Numbered from the stretch's first letter, positions 1 through 12,244 are shown. The stretch: 64,000 bases of DNA from Setoptus koraiensis (GCA_048013815.1 CM106586.1:10602001-10666000), one strand, 5' to 3'. Numbers and translations: made by a program. The notes: generated by a model from the sequence alone, not told the origin.

Positions 1-667
1 ATCCATTTATTGAATTTATTCGTCACGATGCACGACAACATTGTTTGCCAGTGACATCAAACCGAAAGACCGCGCTCGCGCCAGGTATCGCAAATCTCTC
101 TGTTTGTCTCAATATATAATATAACTTTCATATATTTATACATATTATTTTGTATATGTATATATAATTTTGTCACGTCTTCGTGGATTCATTAGATTGA
201 TCTAACAACCTCTAAATCTGCAGACACTAATTACATATTTGTGCAAGGTCGCGCTGCGATTCATATCATCACGATAACAGCTCTCGACTCGACGGCAGCA
301 ACAATGACAATCGCTGACTGATCCACTTGTTCCCATTCGGTGAGCGATGCGCGATTGATACGGTCACTCGTCGTCGCTAGCCAATATTTACTACTAGTAG
401 TACAGCTCATTCCGTGTCTTCATCGTATCTATTATGTACTAATTATTGTGTATTAATTAATGCTAGCTAGGTGAGTATTTCGAATGAGTATTCGGGGGCT
501 ATTCGAGGATGAACAATGAGTCGTCCGAGCGTCCTCTTTATTTACATTGTACTGCATATGTACTTTGTTTGCACCGAGTGTAATGGCACGGAAGGCTCAC
601 CGGCCAGGTATTTGCACGGATTAAACGGGATGATATAAAGCATGCTGTTGATGTTGTAAATAACCTT

Positions 668-730
668 ATGGCTCCCTTTAGCCCTATGCCATGAGTCATG
701 GTGGCATGGCATAGAGCTTGAAAGGGCTGT
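668..730. other. Imperfect ~63-nt stem-loop (pre-miRNA-like geometry)
   Basis: CTATGCCATG (684-693) pairs perfectly with CATGGCATAG (705-714). Pairing extends with one mismatch and small bulges to about 24 bp around an 11-nt loop. No match to a miRNA I recognise. Confidence 0.3.
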
Positions 731-1341
731 TTCTATTGCTGTGAGAGTGCATGTCGCAATCGTTGACTTGTTGCGTAATTGATTGAGACTGTGCTGTTGT
801 TACAATTAAACGGACCAGAAGGGGATAATAATTTCAAGATGAATACAATTTAAGAAACCAGAGAGAGCGAGAGAGAGAGAGAGAGTTTAAAGGTCGCGTG
901 AGTTTAACAAAGAGGGCAAACATTGATGGCCAGATAGTACAACAGATAGTACAACAGAGACCAGAGAGAGAGAGAGCGACACTCGAGAAGAGAAACTTGA
1001 CGCGCCAATAGCGAGACACCAGCCCGAAATGTCAGCGTGTGTCTTGCTGCACCGGAAGTGCAGCAACTCCACTCACTGTGCTCTTGAGAGTGTGTTACGT
1101 TAGACGTTGGTGATCGTGATTTTTTCTTTTCTTTTTTCTCGCTCTCTCTCTCTCTCTAACTTTACCAACGGTATCTGTCTACTTTGGTCGACACCATGAA
1201 CTATCCAATTCTATTCTTCCTGACAACCATAACTGGATCTATCCTCTAGCCACCTGTCCAAGATTAGATAATCAAACATTGGACAATGCGCAAGCCGGCG
1301 TTGATTTCGTTCCGTTTGCCAATCATGGCACCACTAGCAGC

Positions 1342-1407
1342 AGCAACGAGCGGCAACAACGAGCGGCAGCAACGAGCGGCAACAACGAGCGACAACAACA
1401 AGCGACA
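1342..1407. repeat. Degenerate 12-bp tandem repeat (CAACGAGCGGCA-like)
   Basis: agcaacgagcggcaacaacgagcggcagcaacgagcggcaacaacgagcgacaacaacaagcgacaac is visible directly. It explains several overlapping spurious ORFs. Confidence 0.8.
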
Positions 1408-3630
1408 ACATGTACAACAGACACCTGTTGTTGGCTTGTTGATGGCTTGTTGTTGGCTGTTGTTGGCTGTTGTTGGCAAGCTTGCGAAGCGAGCCCGAGT
1501 GAGCGAACAACACCAATAATTATGGCCAATGTTATAATTATCTGTTGTGTTGCTGTCATCTCGTCTCATTGTGCCGAGTGGGTGTGTGATATTGTGACGA
1601 GAGCAGACGATTGACGGACCAGCGAAAGTCAATTTGTATCATAAGTGAGCGCCATTTTCAATGGGGCGACTCTCTACTTTTCGCATGCTTATCGGCCCAT
1701 GTTGTGTGTGTGTGTGTGTGTGTCACGGCGAGCGCGATTGACCACGAAGAAGCCGCCTGACAATGAAAGATAAATACGCTGGCTAGCACTGGCAAGTCAC
1801 CTAATACCAATATGATGTCATAATCATACGCAATAGGCAATAATAATCGCGATAGTCGGCGCGCTCGTCGCAATCGCGTCATAATGGTCGTCGTGGTCGT
1901 GTCGGACTAAATGGCGGAATAAGCTCGCCGAGCGCCAAGTTTTGCACAACAGCCAGCCAGGCAGCTTTCAGATATGTACACACAAACACAACAACAACGA
2001 CAACAGCAGCGACAACAACAACAACTGAAAAAACACAGTTCAATCGATAATAACCGTGAACTAATCTATATCTACTATATACACGCTCTAATCAGACTGT
2101 CAGTCGGCCCGAGCTCGCTCTTGTATTTACGACAAACACACGCACACTCAGGTGAACTGGTAGCTTGATATCGAGAGTGTGTGGACAAGTCGGTGGTATC
2201 CGGCGAGGTTAGCCTTTCTTCTTCCTTCTTTCTCTGCGTTCGTATGCCTGCCTCAATTATACCTCGAGTTTAATGCGCTCAGACACAACAACAATGTATG
2301 ACTATTACATAAGCATTACATAAGAGGTTTTTTGCACGTTGTTGTTGTTGGCGTCGTCGCTGTTGCTGCTGGTAGCAACATCTGATCTGATCTGATACCT
2401 GGCGAGTGTGTGTGTGTGACAGCGGCAATAATGATAATGTGCGGTAATGAAGGCGTCCATAACCGATCAATGACATGCCGGCCCTTCAGAATCTATCTTA
2501 CATAGCGGCGCCAATCTATCTAAAAAACTACAACAACAACAACAACAACAACGGCAACAATTTCAAAACTTTGATGCTCGTTGCCTAAGTGCTGTCGCAA
2601 GCTGTTGTCGTAGCTGTTGTTGTTGCTGTTGTCGTTGTCGTCGCTGTTGTTGTTGTTGTTGGCGTTGTCGCAACAACACAATAGCTTTGTTGAGCGATTG
2701 CAGGTTGTAGTGGCTGCAGCAGGTTGCCGGCGGTTACGGTTGCGCTAACGGCCGCTATGGTGGTCACAAGATCAAACAGCTTTGCCATTCAACTTTGGAC
2801 GGCATTTCTCTGTCGTCGTCGGGCAAACTGGCTCACTGACTGACTGACTGGCTGGCTGGCCTAATCATCGTGACGACGGCTGATGTCAATAACTTATACG
2901 ATGATGGAGTGCGACACTCATTGTGTACAACAGCAACAGCAACACCAACAACAACTTGTTGCCGTTATATAACTGGCTCCGTTTGATGGCTTGGCCCATT
3001 TGAATGGGTGGCCTGGCCACTCGAAGACACTGGGCATACTTGGCAGTGTGGCTTAAATGTAGCGAAAGTGCACTTGTTGTTTCTTCTTCACCTGGGCCCA
3101 TCTTCTTCTCAGTCGCGCTAACGCGGGCATGACAGCCCGTCATGCCCGCGAACATGCTGCCGGCAACGGGAGGGCGGTCCGACCGCCACTGGCCGTATGT
3201 TTCGGCCGAATATTAGAAGCTCCGGCTGATAGGGAAGGAGGAGACTGTAAGGTCAATTGACTGTGTACGTGATGTCGACGACGATCAATCGATGATATTG
3301 AAAAATTTATCCAACCAACCAAGGTTAAGGCGCCGTTCGTTCGTCGACAGGTGGACAAAGTTAGATTTTTGCGATGTGGCCACAAGTTTAAAACACAAAT
3401 CAAACAGCGGACTAGAATCATTCAACTCAAGCAACTCAATCAGACAAGTTGGTATATTGCAAGAGAAATAGTACACACTCAAAAAGTACAAAAACAAGTT
3501 ATTGATAGTAGTAACACACTACAACAATAGTAGCAAACAGTAGGCAAACAATTCCTCCGCTCAACTACAACAAACCAACACTGTCCAGTTCAAACAACAA
3601 ACCTAAACCGAAACTCAAAATCAAAACAAA

Positions 3631-4730
3631 ATGAATTCAAAAAATTTCACGCTATACTCCGCACTGATCGTTGGTGCCTGCACCATACTGGTTGCCATAG
3701 TTGCCCAGGGACAGTTCCCAATGGGCTACGACTCGGACTCCAACTCAGGTAAGACTCGGCCCGCTGACAGCGGCTACTGACCTCACTTCCGGTTGAAACG
3801 GCATGCGCCGTTGTTCTGTGTGACCCTTTGGTTGCGATCGGGGCATTAGGCCCCGATCGCAATGTCCATCAATTTTCATGATCGAGCTATCAACTGAACG
3901 TCGCAAATCTAATCTTGTGTGTTGTCTGTCTATTGCTATGAAAACCATTTCTACCCACCGTGAATCAATTGCGTGGCAATCGTGTCTCTCTCTCTGTGTG
4001 TGGCAACAAAGATCACGGATCAGAGCTGTCCAGATCAGAACTAGCCAACATAATGCGCCAATCTCAGAGACCAATGGGTGGCTCTTCGAATCATTACAAC
4101 AACGGCAATCAACAAGTTAACGCAGCAACAAGAAATCTGTACAATCGTCAACAGCCACTTCAGTATGCGCCATCACACAATCAAGGCCAAAATTTCGGAC
4201 CCACAGACGGTATGTCAGGTTACGGGCCCATGATGGGCGCCGGATCGGGTAGATCAAATGCAAACAATGAGGACAGAGACGACGACGACGGTCCTTCTTC
4301 GTTCGGCCCGAGCGGCGGATTCGGTCCATCGAGCTTCGGGCCAAGCGGCGACGACGACGAGGGCAGAGGAGCCGACGGTTCAGCAATGAACCTGAATCAG
4401 GCAGCCACTGGCTACCCTGGCCAAAATATGGGCAACCAAGGATACGGAAATGATCAGTCGAACTTGGCCGCCGGCTTCGGCCCGTACGACAACAGTGGCG
4501 AGGGAGCGGAATACGCTGGCATCAACAACGGATTTGCCAGTCAATCGAGAAGGTCAAAGGCTGCCTCGAGCCCCATGTCATTGAGAAACAATAGAGAGTA
4601 CGACGGAAACGACGACGATGCGCCCGTCTCAAGGTACGGACCAAATTCGGCCAGCAACTCCGACCGTGATCCAGACGATGAATCGCGCAACTCGCCAGAC
4701 GGTGGCCGCGACGACAACGATGACGAATAG
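3631..4730 (+). CDS. Secreted Gly/Asn/Asp-rich low-complexity protein with (F/Y)GP repeats, 2 exons, 278 aa
   Basis: Exon 1 (3631-3748) encodes the signal peptide MNSKNFTLYSALIVGACTILVAIVAQG and ends at donor G|GTAAGA (phase 1). Acceptor AG|AT at 4010-4011 joins in frame to ORF 3960..4730; exon 2 is 4012-4730. Confidence 0.8.
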
Positions 4731-5390
4731 ACACAACATAGTCAACATATTGACTATTGATCTATACGATCTATACACGAACAATACAAGTCAACAAACA
4801 GAAAATGTGTCTCCTAAAGAAAGCCTATTTAATCCTATTAACCTATTAGTGGTAGCCTGTTTTTGGCCTGTTTGTTGTCGCCAACGGAATGATGGAAAAC
4901 ACAAATGAAGAGATGCTGCTATTCAATTATTAGCCGACCATTAGATCCAGTCCATTGGACAGAGACCCTTATATACAACGAGTGTGTGTACATAGTTTGC
5001 GTGTGTACTATCACCTTTAGATAGTACTTTAATATGATTAACTGACCATTATCATCATTGTTATTATACATATTCATATTCATTGTTTGCATGTTTGTGG
5101 TTGTAAGTGTGCTGGTGTTAACTAGAGCAGTTGATAGATAATTCCATGTCTTGTTAGTCCATCTGACCCGAGGCTTTGAGCGCGGGTTGATGCGGCAAGT
5201 GCCATTCAATTATGCAATTGTCACTATTAAATGTACCACAAGCACACTACCAATAATAACCAATTTTTAGCCAATTTCAAGCCATGGCCTCCCACGCGAC
5301 ACTCGTTCCTCATTCACAACATCGCCATTAGCGATCATTGTTGCAGATTTCCGTGCAGGGTTTCCTATACTTTACATAACTGTTACTGTT

Positions 5391-5465
5391 TTCACCTGTC
5401 GAATCGCGACAATGTTCGTTCACCTGTCGAATCGTGACAATGTTCGTTCACCTGTCGAACCGCGA
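5391..5465. repeat. 28-bp minisatellite, ~2.7 copies (TTCACCTGTCGAATCGCGACAATGTTCG)
   Basis: Copies at 5391-5418, 5419-5446 and partial 5447-5465. Each carries a CACCTG E-box. Confidence 0.9.
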
Positions 5466-6193
5466 GAACTTCCTGCAGATTGCTGGCTGGCTGGCGTAAC
5501 TGCGACCGCTTAACTGCTCCACCTGTTCAAATCTCGCGCCGCTGTTATTCGCCACATTAGGCACCATGTTCGTGCAGTCGTGTACTGTCGCGATTTGCCA
5601 CCATCATGCATGGGGATTATCATCAGATCAATTGGAAGAGTGACAAGAGTTATTCCAGGACCAATTCCAATTTACCTGTCCCATCCAACGACTCTCGCTA
5701 ACACTCAGACGCTCATTAGACAAAAACAGGTGAACACAACCATCATGCTATAAAACCCCGATGCCAACTTCATGCACACTCGGTGCCTACAAAAACGACA
5801 AATTCACAATATTATTATATTATTATTATTATTATCGTCATCATCAGCAGGAGCATCGTATAACCATCGTTAGTAGAGGATAGATATATAAACGTGCGAT
5901 ATGTCAATGTTTCTTGATTAGCTTATGGCATCATTGTTGTTGTTCTTCCAATGGCAAAGGGTTCCAAACCTTGTAACATAATCAAATTTACTGCTAATAT
6001 CAATAATACTATCTATTGGTACACGTATAAATTATCTGAATCAATTCATCAACAACATTGCCTGCCGGGATATCTCTACATGCGAGAAAATTTTAAAATA
6101 AATTACCACAATAATCAATTATATCATCATCGTAATCATTTAGACACAAACATAGCGGACACAATATCAACTAGTGGCTCAACTACTAATAAT

Positions 6194-6568
6194 ATGGATC
6201 AGCAGGCTGGCGAGGATCTAAAAGCTTTCGAAAGAAGATTAACGGAAATCATATCTTGTTATCAGCCCCAAACTAAACGTTGGAGAGTAATCTTATTGAT
6301 AATGGCAATTACTACATCAATTAGCGCATTTCAATGGTTGTTTGATCCCCAGACGCAGCATATTTCATTTGTGGAATCACTTTACAATCACTTGTTTTTC
6401 ACCTTCAATTGTATAGTATTGGTTATATTATTTGCTTTAGGCATTCACAAGCGAGTCGTTGCACCTGGCATAGTTGTTTCAAGGATAAAGCAGGTGCTAG
6501 CCAATTTTAATATGTCATGTGATCCGTCTGGACGATTGATTCTAAAGAGGAAATTTTCTCGCGATTGA
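6194..6568 (+). CDS. CNEP1R1: Nuclear envelope phosphatase-regulatory subunit 1 (CNEP1R1/TMEM188/Spo7-like)
   Basis: MDQQAGEDLKAFERRLTEIISCYQPQTKRWR...FALGIHKRVVAPGIVVSRIKQVLANFNMSCDPSGRLILK matches the family. The conserved start is the Met at 6194; the ORF track extends upstream to 5951. Confidence 0.9.
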   Translation: MDQQAGEDLKAFERRLTEIISCYQPQTKRWRVILLIMAITTSISAFQWLFDPQTQHISFVESLYNHLFFTFNCIVLVILFALGIHKRVVAPGIVVSRIKQVLANFNMSCDPSGRLILKRKFSRD

Positions 6569-6738
6569 TACTCACATCCCATAGAAGAGATAATTGTAAT
6601 AATAATGATAACTAATAATAATATTAATAATATTAATAAAGATGGACTCGGGCGGTGTGATGGAAGTAGCTTTTTAATTGGTTAGAAGATTTAGAAGAAG
6701 ATGACCACCATGATAAAGAAAACTATTCTTGATAATTT

Positions 6739-7146
6739 TTATGATTGTTGCGGGTTGGGCTTAGCAGAGGGCCGACAAGCCATGTATTGAGCAATCTCTT
6801 TGGGGAAAGCCTTATTTAATTCCTCTATTAGAATATCCTTGAATCGTTTGTAATAATCGATTTTGCCCTTGACCTCTTCATTTTTAGCTAATGCTCGCTC
6901 CATATAGTCTTTGGTGTAGAATAGTGGATTGCGCCCCTTGTCAATGTAATCAAAGACCTCCACTGGCACTTGTATGTCTTGAACGGATGATTTCAGGCGA
7001 TCAATATCATTCAGTGTGGTCACTACTGAATTTAATTTCTGATTGAGTGTAGTTTGTCCTGTTTGAGGTTGAAAATCGCTGACAATAATGCCCAACTGGC
7101 GTACATTCTCCACAAACAATTCTATCTGAGACTCGAGCTGTTCCAT
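6739..7146 (-). CDS. MED10: Mediator subunit 10
   Basis: LESQIELFVENVRQLGIIVSDFQP...VPVEVFDYIDKGRNPLFYTKDYMERALAKNEEVKGKI. Intronless. Confidence 0.93.
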   Translation of the reverse strand: MEQLESQIELFVENVRQLGIIVSDFQPQTGQTTLNQKLNSVVTTLNDIDRLKSSVQDIQVPVEVFDYIDKGRNPLFYTKDYMERALAKNEEVKGKIDYYKRFKDILIEELNKAFPKEIAQYMACRPSAKPNPQQS

Positions 7147-7588
7147 GTTTGCTCAAGAGGTGTGTGGGTGGGGATGTGGGGCTATCACAATAAAGAAATG
7201 TAATCTTATGAATACAGAAATATGATGATTCAGAGTTGTTCCATTGATACAATTCGATGCAATTAATTTGAAAATTTTCTAGAGGCTCCTATTTAGCTGT
7301 TTAACGTTGCAGACAATTGAATTGTATGATTATATAATTGTTTGTTGTAATTACTACTAGATTGACAAATAATTTATTCGGAAGAAACGACAGCTAAGTC
7401 ATTTAATCGATGTAGTTAGATTCGGACGTGTATATACACTAGATGTTATATAATTTGAGATTTATAATCGGAGTATTTTTCTGAGGAGTGGACACCGCAG
7501 TTAATATATTATGCCTCCACAATATATCATGTCCATTTTATAGTGTATTATTATATGTTGCAACTCGCAAGATGGTTTGAATAGATTG

Positions 7589-7600
7589 TACGCATGCGCA
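7589..7600. promoter_or_regulatory. NRF1/Erect-wing-like GCGCATGCGC-type site in the MED10/TOMM40 bidirectional promoter
   Basis: TACGCATGCGCA lies between the divergent starts at 7146 and 7856. Confidence 0.5.
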
Positions 7601-7855
7601 TTTGGCCATGCGAACACGCTTATTTTATTGCCGATAAAGAAAAGCCATTCCTCTTGGTTTTCCATGTGTTGTTTCCTCAACATAATTGTGACCAAATTAT
7701 ATCTCTATTTAGTTATACAATTACATATTTTATAACATAACAGGATCAACAACTACTGTGTGTTCTATTATCTATTAGACACCATTGCCTGTTTGTTGTC
7801 GATCTGTTGTTATTGTGATTATTATCATCATCAATCTACTATAATCTAAGAAGAG

Positions 7856-8758
7856 ATGGAACCACCGGGAGCAACATCCAATCCCATGAACGGGCAACAG
7901 GGACCACTTCTCTATGAAGATCTCCATAGGAGGGTAAAAGAATTGCAACCAATGGTATTTGACGGAATAAGACTTGTCCTGAATAGACCATTGTCGCAAA
8001 ATTTTCAATTGTCACATTCAATGTCTATGGGCTCAGTGTCGTCCTCTTACAGATTTGGTGCCAACTTCATGGGCACCAAACAGGTCTCACCCGCTGAATC
8101 TTATCCTATTATGGCCTCAGAAATAGATTGTGACGGTCAACTTAATGCAAACTTCATACACTTAATAAGCCCGCGCATCAAGGCAAAAGCTATGGCGTCG
8201 TTCAGCAAGACAAGCTGCTCTGGAAGTCAATTAACTTTTGACTACAGAGGGGATGATTACACTTCTAGTTTGACGTTGGCCAACATTGATCTAGTTAAAA
8301 ATTCTGGCGTTGCTGTGTGCCACTTCCTACAACAACTTTCAAAGTCTTTATCTTTAGGCACCGAGCTAGTTTATCAATTTGGATCTCCGTCACCACGGCC
8401 CCATATGGCTGCATTGAGTTTAGCTGGCAGGTATACTAGCGAAAACAATCATTGGAACGCAACTCTATCCACTTCTGGTGCTCACATTAGCTACTTTCAG
8501 AAAGCCAATGAACGTCTACAGTTTGGCTCGGAATTTGTCACCGACTTATCAATGGGACAGAGCAACGCAGCCTTCTACTATCAATGTGAACTATCAAGGT
8601 CTAATATATTATTTAAGGGAACGCTCGATACAGCTTGGAATGTTGGTGCTGTATTGGAGAAAAAGTTTTTCCCATTACCAGTATCTCTAGTTATGAGTGC
8701 TGTATTAAATCACCCTAAGAACTCTACAACAGTGGGTGTAGGCTTGACAGTAGGTTAG
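7856..8758 (+). CDS. TOMM40: Mitochondrial import channel Tom40
   Basis: GPLLYEDLHRRVKELQP..FDGIRLVLNRPLSQNFQLSHS...SYRFGANFMGTKQVSPAESYP, and a C-terminal beta-signal-like GVGLTVG. Intronless, 300 aa. Confidence 0.93.
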   Translation: MEPPGATSNPMNGQQGPLLYEDLHRRVKELQPMVFDGIRLVLNRPLSQNFQLSHSMSMGSVSSSYRFGANFMGTKQVSPAESYPIMASEIDCDGQLNANFIHLISPRIKAKAMASFSKTSCSGSQLTFDYRGDDYTSSLTLANIDLVKNSGVAVCHFLQQLSKSLSLGTELVYQFGSPSPRPHMAALSLAGRYTSENNHWNATLSTSGAHISYFQKANERLQFGSEFVTDLSMGQSNAAFYYQCELSRSNILFKGTLDTAWNVGAVLEKKFFPLPVSLVMSAVLNHPKNSTTVGVGLTVG

Positions 8759-9847
8759 TTAATCATTAGATGACATGTATCTCGCGTGAGATTAGAATTG
8801 TAGTTTTGTATAAATTATATACTATATCACTTTTTGAGCATTAACTCTTTGATAGTGTTCGCAGTTTATACCTCAATCAGATAATAAAATATTACACTTT
8901 CAATGAACTGTTTATTTTCATACAAGTCAACTATTTGTGAGAAACTTTCAATGCAACAATATGAGAGATGCATAATAATAGTTACACTCATTCACGTTTG
9001 ATTGAGTTGTAATGTGTGTAGTTCCTCAGCAAACTTCTACATGTAACATAGAATGACGAGTCAATTTGGAGGAACTGATGATAAATCATTATTTCTATTG
9101 CCATTGTCTCGAAGAGTATGCCACAATAAGTGATTTCTTGTGGCGCAATCCATCAACGCAACTCACTTTATGCGACAGGTTATTCTACATGTATGTTGAC
9201 GGTGTCTACTTTGCAGAGCATGTTTTGTGTTCGGGTTATCATTTCTATTCAGGTTCGAATTCAACAACAAGATACACTTGATGATGGGTGGCCTGTCCAA
9301 AACGGAATGTGAGTCTATTGTTGTCAAGTTGTGTTGATTCAGAATTAGCTAGTTGTTGTGATGCATATAAATATCAATAGATAATGAGCAGCTCTATCTG
9401 GATCAATGTCACATTCCCACAATGTGTGTACTCGAATGAAAAACGAACCAGACATCCAGACGACTAGTGGTCCTCTCGAACAAGTGAAAGTGCTTGAATG
9501 CGCTAGCTCGGATAAGCAGTTTATTTGACTTTTGTAAGTAAGCAACCATCGGTTGCTTACAAAGAGAATAAATAATGGGGCTATCAGATAGTAATTATAA
9601 TAGACTGGCCTAACAAAGGATAGCTGTCGGATGCAATTCGAAATCATCGCGCCGCAACCATGATTTTTTTTTTCTGATTTAGAGTTCATCGCAAATAGTT
9701 TGGTTTCTAGTTTGATGACGACTTGCACACATTTTGATTTAGTATCAACTGATCCAAGTGAGTTATACTGCTCTTACCACCATCCAAGAACGGTGTTTAG
9801 TTTTCATTGAAATCAATGAAAGAAAATGGTCCGCATGCAAGAACACA

Positions 9848-11615
9848 ATGACCAACATAAGATTCTGTACCATCAAGAATCTGAAAGTTTTCCTCGTTAG
9901 TATATGTGTGCGAGTAATAAGTTTTCGGCCATCATCTCCTGAGTTTAACTTAGCACTTCTAGGAGCATTAGCTCAACAAGAGAAGTTAGAACCTCAGATT
10001 TCCTTACTTTCTTCTCAATCGTTTGAGACACACTCGTTAGCCAATTATTCACTACCAAGCAAATCATCAAAACTTTATCCATTTGAGCAACGAACTAGTC
10101 CAAATCGAATCAGAAATCTTGGCTTCCTGCCTAATGCGGAATCATTGCAGGGAATCGACGGGTCGGAAGTGGATTACCAAAGGCGATTGCATGAAACTAC
10201 ACCAACCAAAGAACAGACCGACTTGACCAGCGATAATCAGGAGTACACTAGTCCTACCATGAATAGTCCTTATTGGCCTCTCGACAGCAACCTGCAGGAA
10301 GGAGATTACTTAGATGCTAATAAGATCGAGGAGAGTCGCCTAACTACTCGAGCCGTCAACGTGAAAACTATAGAAACTGCAATCTTTGCCGATAGGGCCT
10401 TAGATCAGAAATTCAACGGAAGGGGTGGCCTCATTGAACTCAACAAGCTTATTTTAACAATAATGAATCAGGTGCAATTGATATTTTCATTCCGAAGCAT
10501 GAGAACTCCAATCAAGATAAACATTGTCCGCATCGAACATATGAAAGATATTCCTGATCCTCCGAGCACTGAAAACGGTACAAATTTCTCGACTCTACCA
10601 AAGATCTAGTCTATCAAGCTTCGTTCGATAATCTAAAACGTGCCACTACTTTTGCTCTTTTATAGGTGATATAGACGGATATCTCTCTAGTTTTTGTAAA
10701 TGGCAATACAACACGTTGCTGAGGGACAAAACTATATTTTGGGATCACGCTATTCTATTGACAGGGTATATTAGAAAAAGATATGATAACTATTCTCTGC
10801 TCCGATTGAAATTCGATTGTAATAACAATTAATAATAGTTGATTATATCTGTACTTATCACAACAGTTTAGACTTGTATAAATCAACACCGAATCGCAAT
10901 CATAGCGGAGTTCTAGGTAAGTCAATTGTATTACTGAGTCTCTTCTCTCACTCAAGACATTCATCTAATTTGACTTGGAATGATACCTTGGAACAGGTCT
11001 AGCGTGGGTTGGTGGTATGTGCAAGCTGAACTATAGTTGTACAATAAATGAAGCACTCAGCTTGGAATCGTCCTTTGTGATTGCTCATGAAATGGGCCAT
11101 AGTTTGGGTATTTTGCATGACGGTCAACAGAATAACTGCGACAGAAACAATTACATCATGTCTGAGAGAACAGGAGCTGGTAAGGTACATTGGTCGGCTT
11201 GCTCAAACTATTATCTGAGCGATGCCATTAGAAAAAAGCAACTGTCATGTTTGGATGGCGAACGAAATCCCGTCATGGATATATACAACCTGTCCAAAAT
11301 GAAACCACCCGGACAGGTTTACACCATTAACGATCAATGTAGGCTAGCGTTTGGAAACAACTATACGGCTTTTGTCACAAGAGATAAGCCATTCAATGTG
11401 AGTCAATCATTTCTATGTAGCTGGTCATTTACGATTCAACAAAAGTGATAACATGATAATGATCAATATCTCATTTGACGTGGTCTCGAATCAAGTCTGT
11501 TTGTAGAGAGCTTTGGTGCGTCGCTGGAACATGGGCAAAAGCGGCCCACCCCGCCTTAGAGGGAAGCGTCTGTGGTGATACAAATAAATTTTGTAACCAA
11601 GGAGATTGTAAATAA
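9848..11615 (+). CDS. ADAMTS-like M12B zinc metalloprotease lacking thrombospondin repeats, 5 exons, ~466 aa
   Basis: Exons 9848-10577, 10666-10765, 10867-10916, 10997-11397 and 11496-11615, all GT-AG with consistent phases. Motifs FCKWQ..WDHAILLTG, GLAWVGGMC, HEMGHSLGILHD, Met-turn YIMS, QCRLAFG, CRELWC..EGSVCG..KFCNQGDC. The 5' start is uncertain. Confidence 0.85.
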
Positions 11616-11874
11616 TATGCTTGACGCTGTGGCCACAAAATAAGAGGTAATGGTTGAACAGAAATAAAATGACTATCCCTATAGTGATGGCAGATTTCTT
11701 TCAACTCATCTTGATCTATCTACATGATTGATTGATGTAACGTTGTTTATTTAGACTTCCAGCAATAAAGTGAATGTGGGCACAACAGACAAAACGGCAT
11801 AATCGTTACCTACAATCAGAAGCCGACCAATTAAATTTTTTGCTAACTAATTTTTCCAACTAGATATTCGCTAA

Positions 11875-12244
11875 TCATTTTGTCTCTTCATCTTCTGTGC
11901 GGAATTTTCCGCCATAAAATGGTAATTTATCCATAAATAGTTGCCAGTCTGTGAAATAAAGGAAGCCTGCTCCTAGGAACGCTCCATAGGTGAGTGCAGA
12001 CGGAGCCCTTGATGAGATGAGAGCATTTGTGCAAAAGAAAAGAATATGTTGTGTCGTGTTATTACGATATATCTTTGACCTCACAATCTTTAGAGTATAT
12101 TATTACCAAGACTATTCTTGGATTTAGTTCTGAATAGGTAACTCACCAAGTTAGACCCATTCTGGCTAGTTTCTTTGGTACCAGGAAAGGATATTTTTTG
12201 GGTACAGTAAAGCAACCGTCATGAGGTATGGCGTCTCCAGCCAT
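11875..12244 (-). CDS. UQCR11: Cytochrome b-c1 complex subunit 10 (6.4 kDa subunit), 2 exons, 76 aa
   Basis: Exon 1 12244-12147 and exon 2 12007-11875, joined by a phase-2 intron splitting Trp. Protein ...LARMGLTW|APSALTYGAFLGAGFLYFTDWQLFMDKLPFYGGKF. Confidence 0.85.

Noticed and set aside
1264-1632. Five overlapping ORFs, one with a signal-like start (1323..1559)
   Set aside because: They are explained by stop-free tandem repeats, and no convincing downstream exon or homology was found.
3041-3051. TGGCAGTGTGG, identical to the 5' 11 nt of miR-34
   Set aside because: The 3' half diverges and no complementary arm lies nearby to form a precursor hairpin.
9252-9262. GGTTCGAATTC, resembling a tRNA T-arm
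   Set aside because: No acceptor stem, D-arm or anticodon arm can be built around it.
9066-9750. Short ORFs upstream of the ADAMTS-like gene as possible 5' exons
   Set aside because: No splice combination gave a recognisable prodomain, so they were left unannotated.
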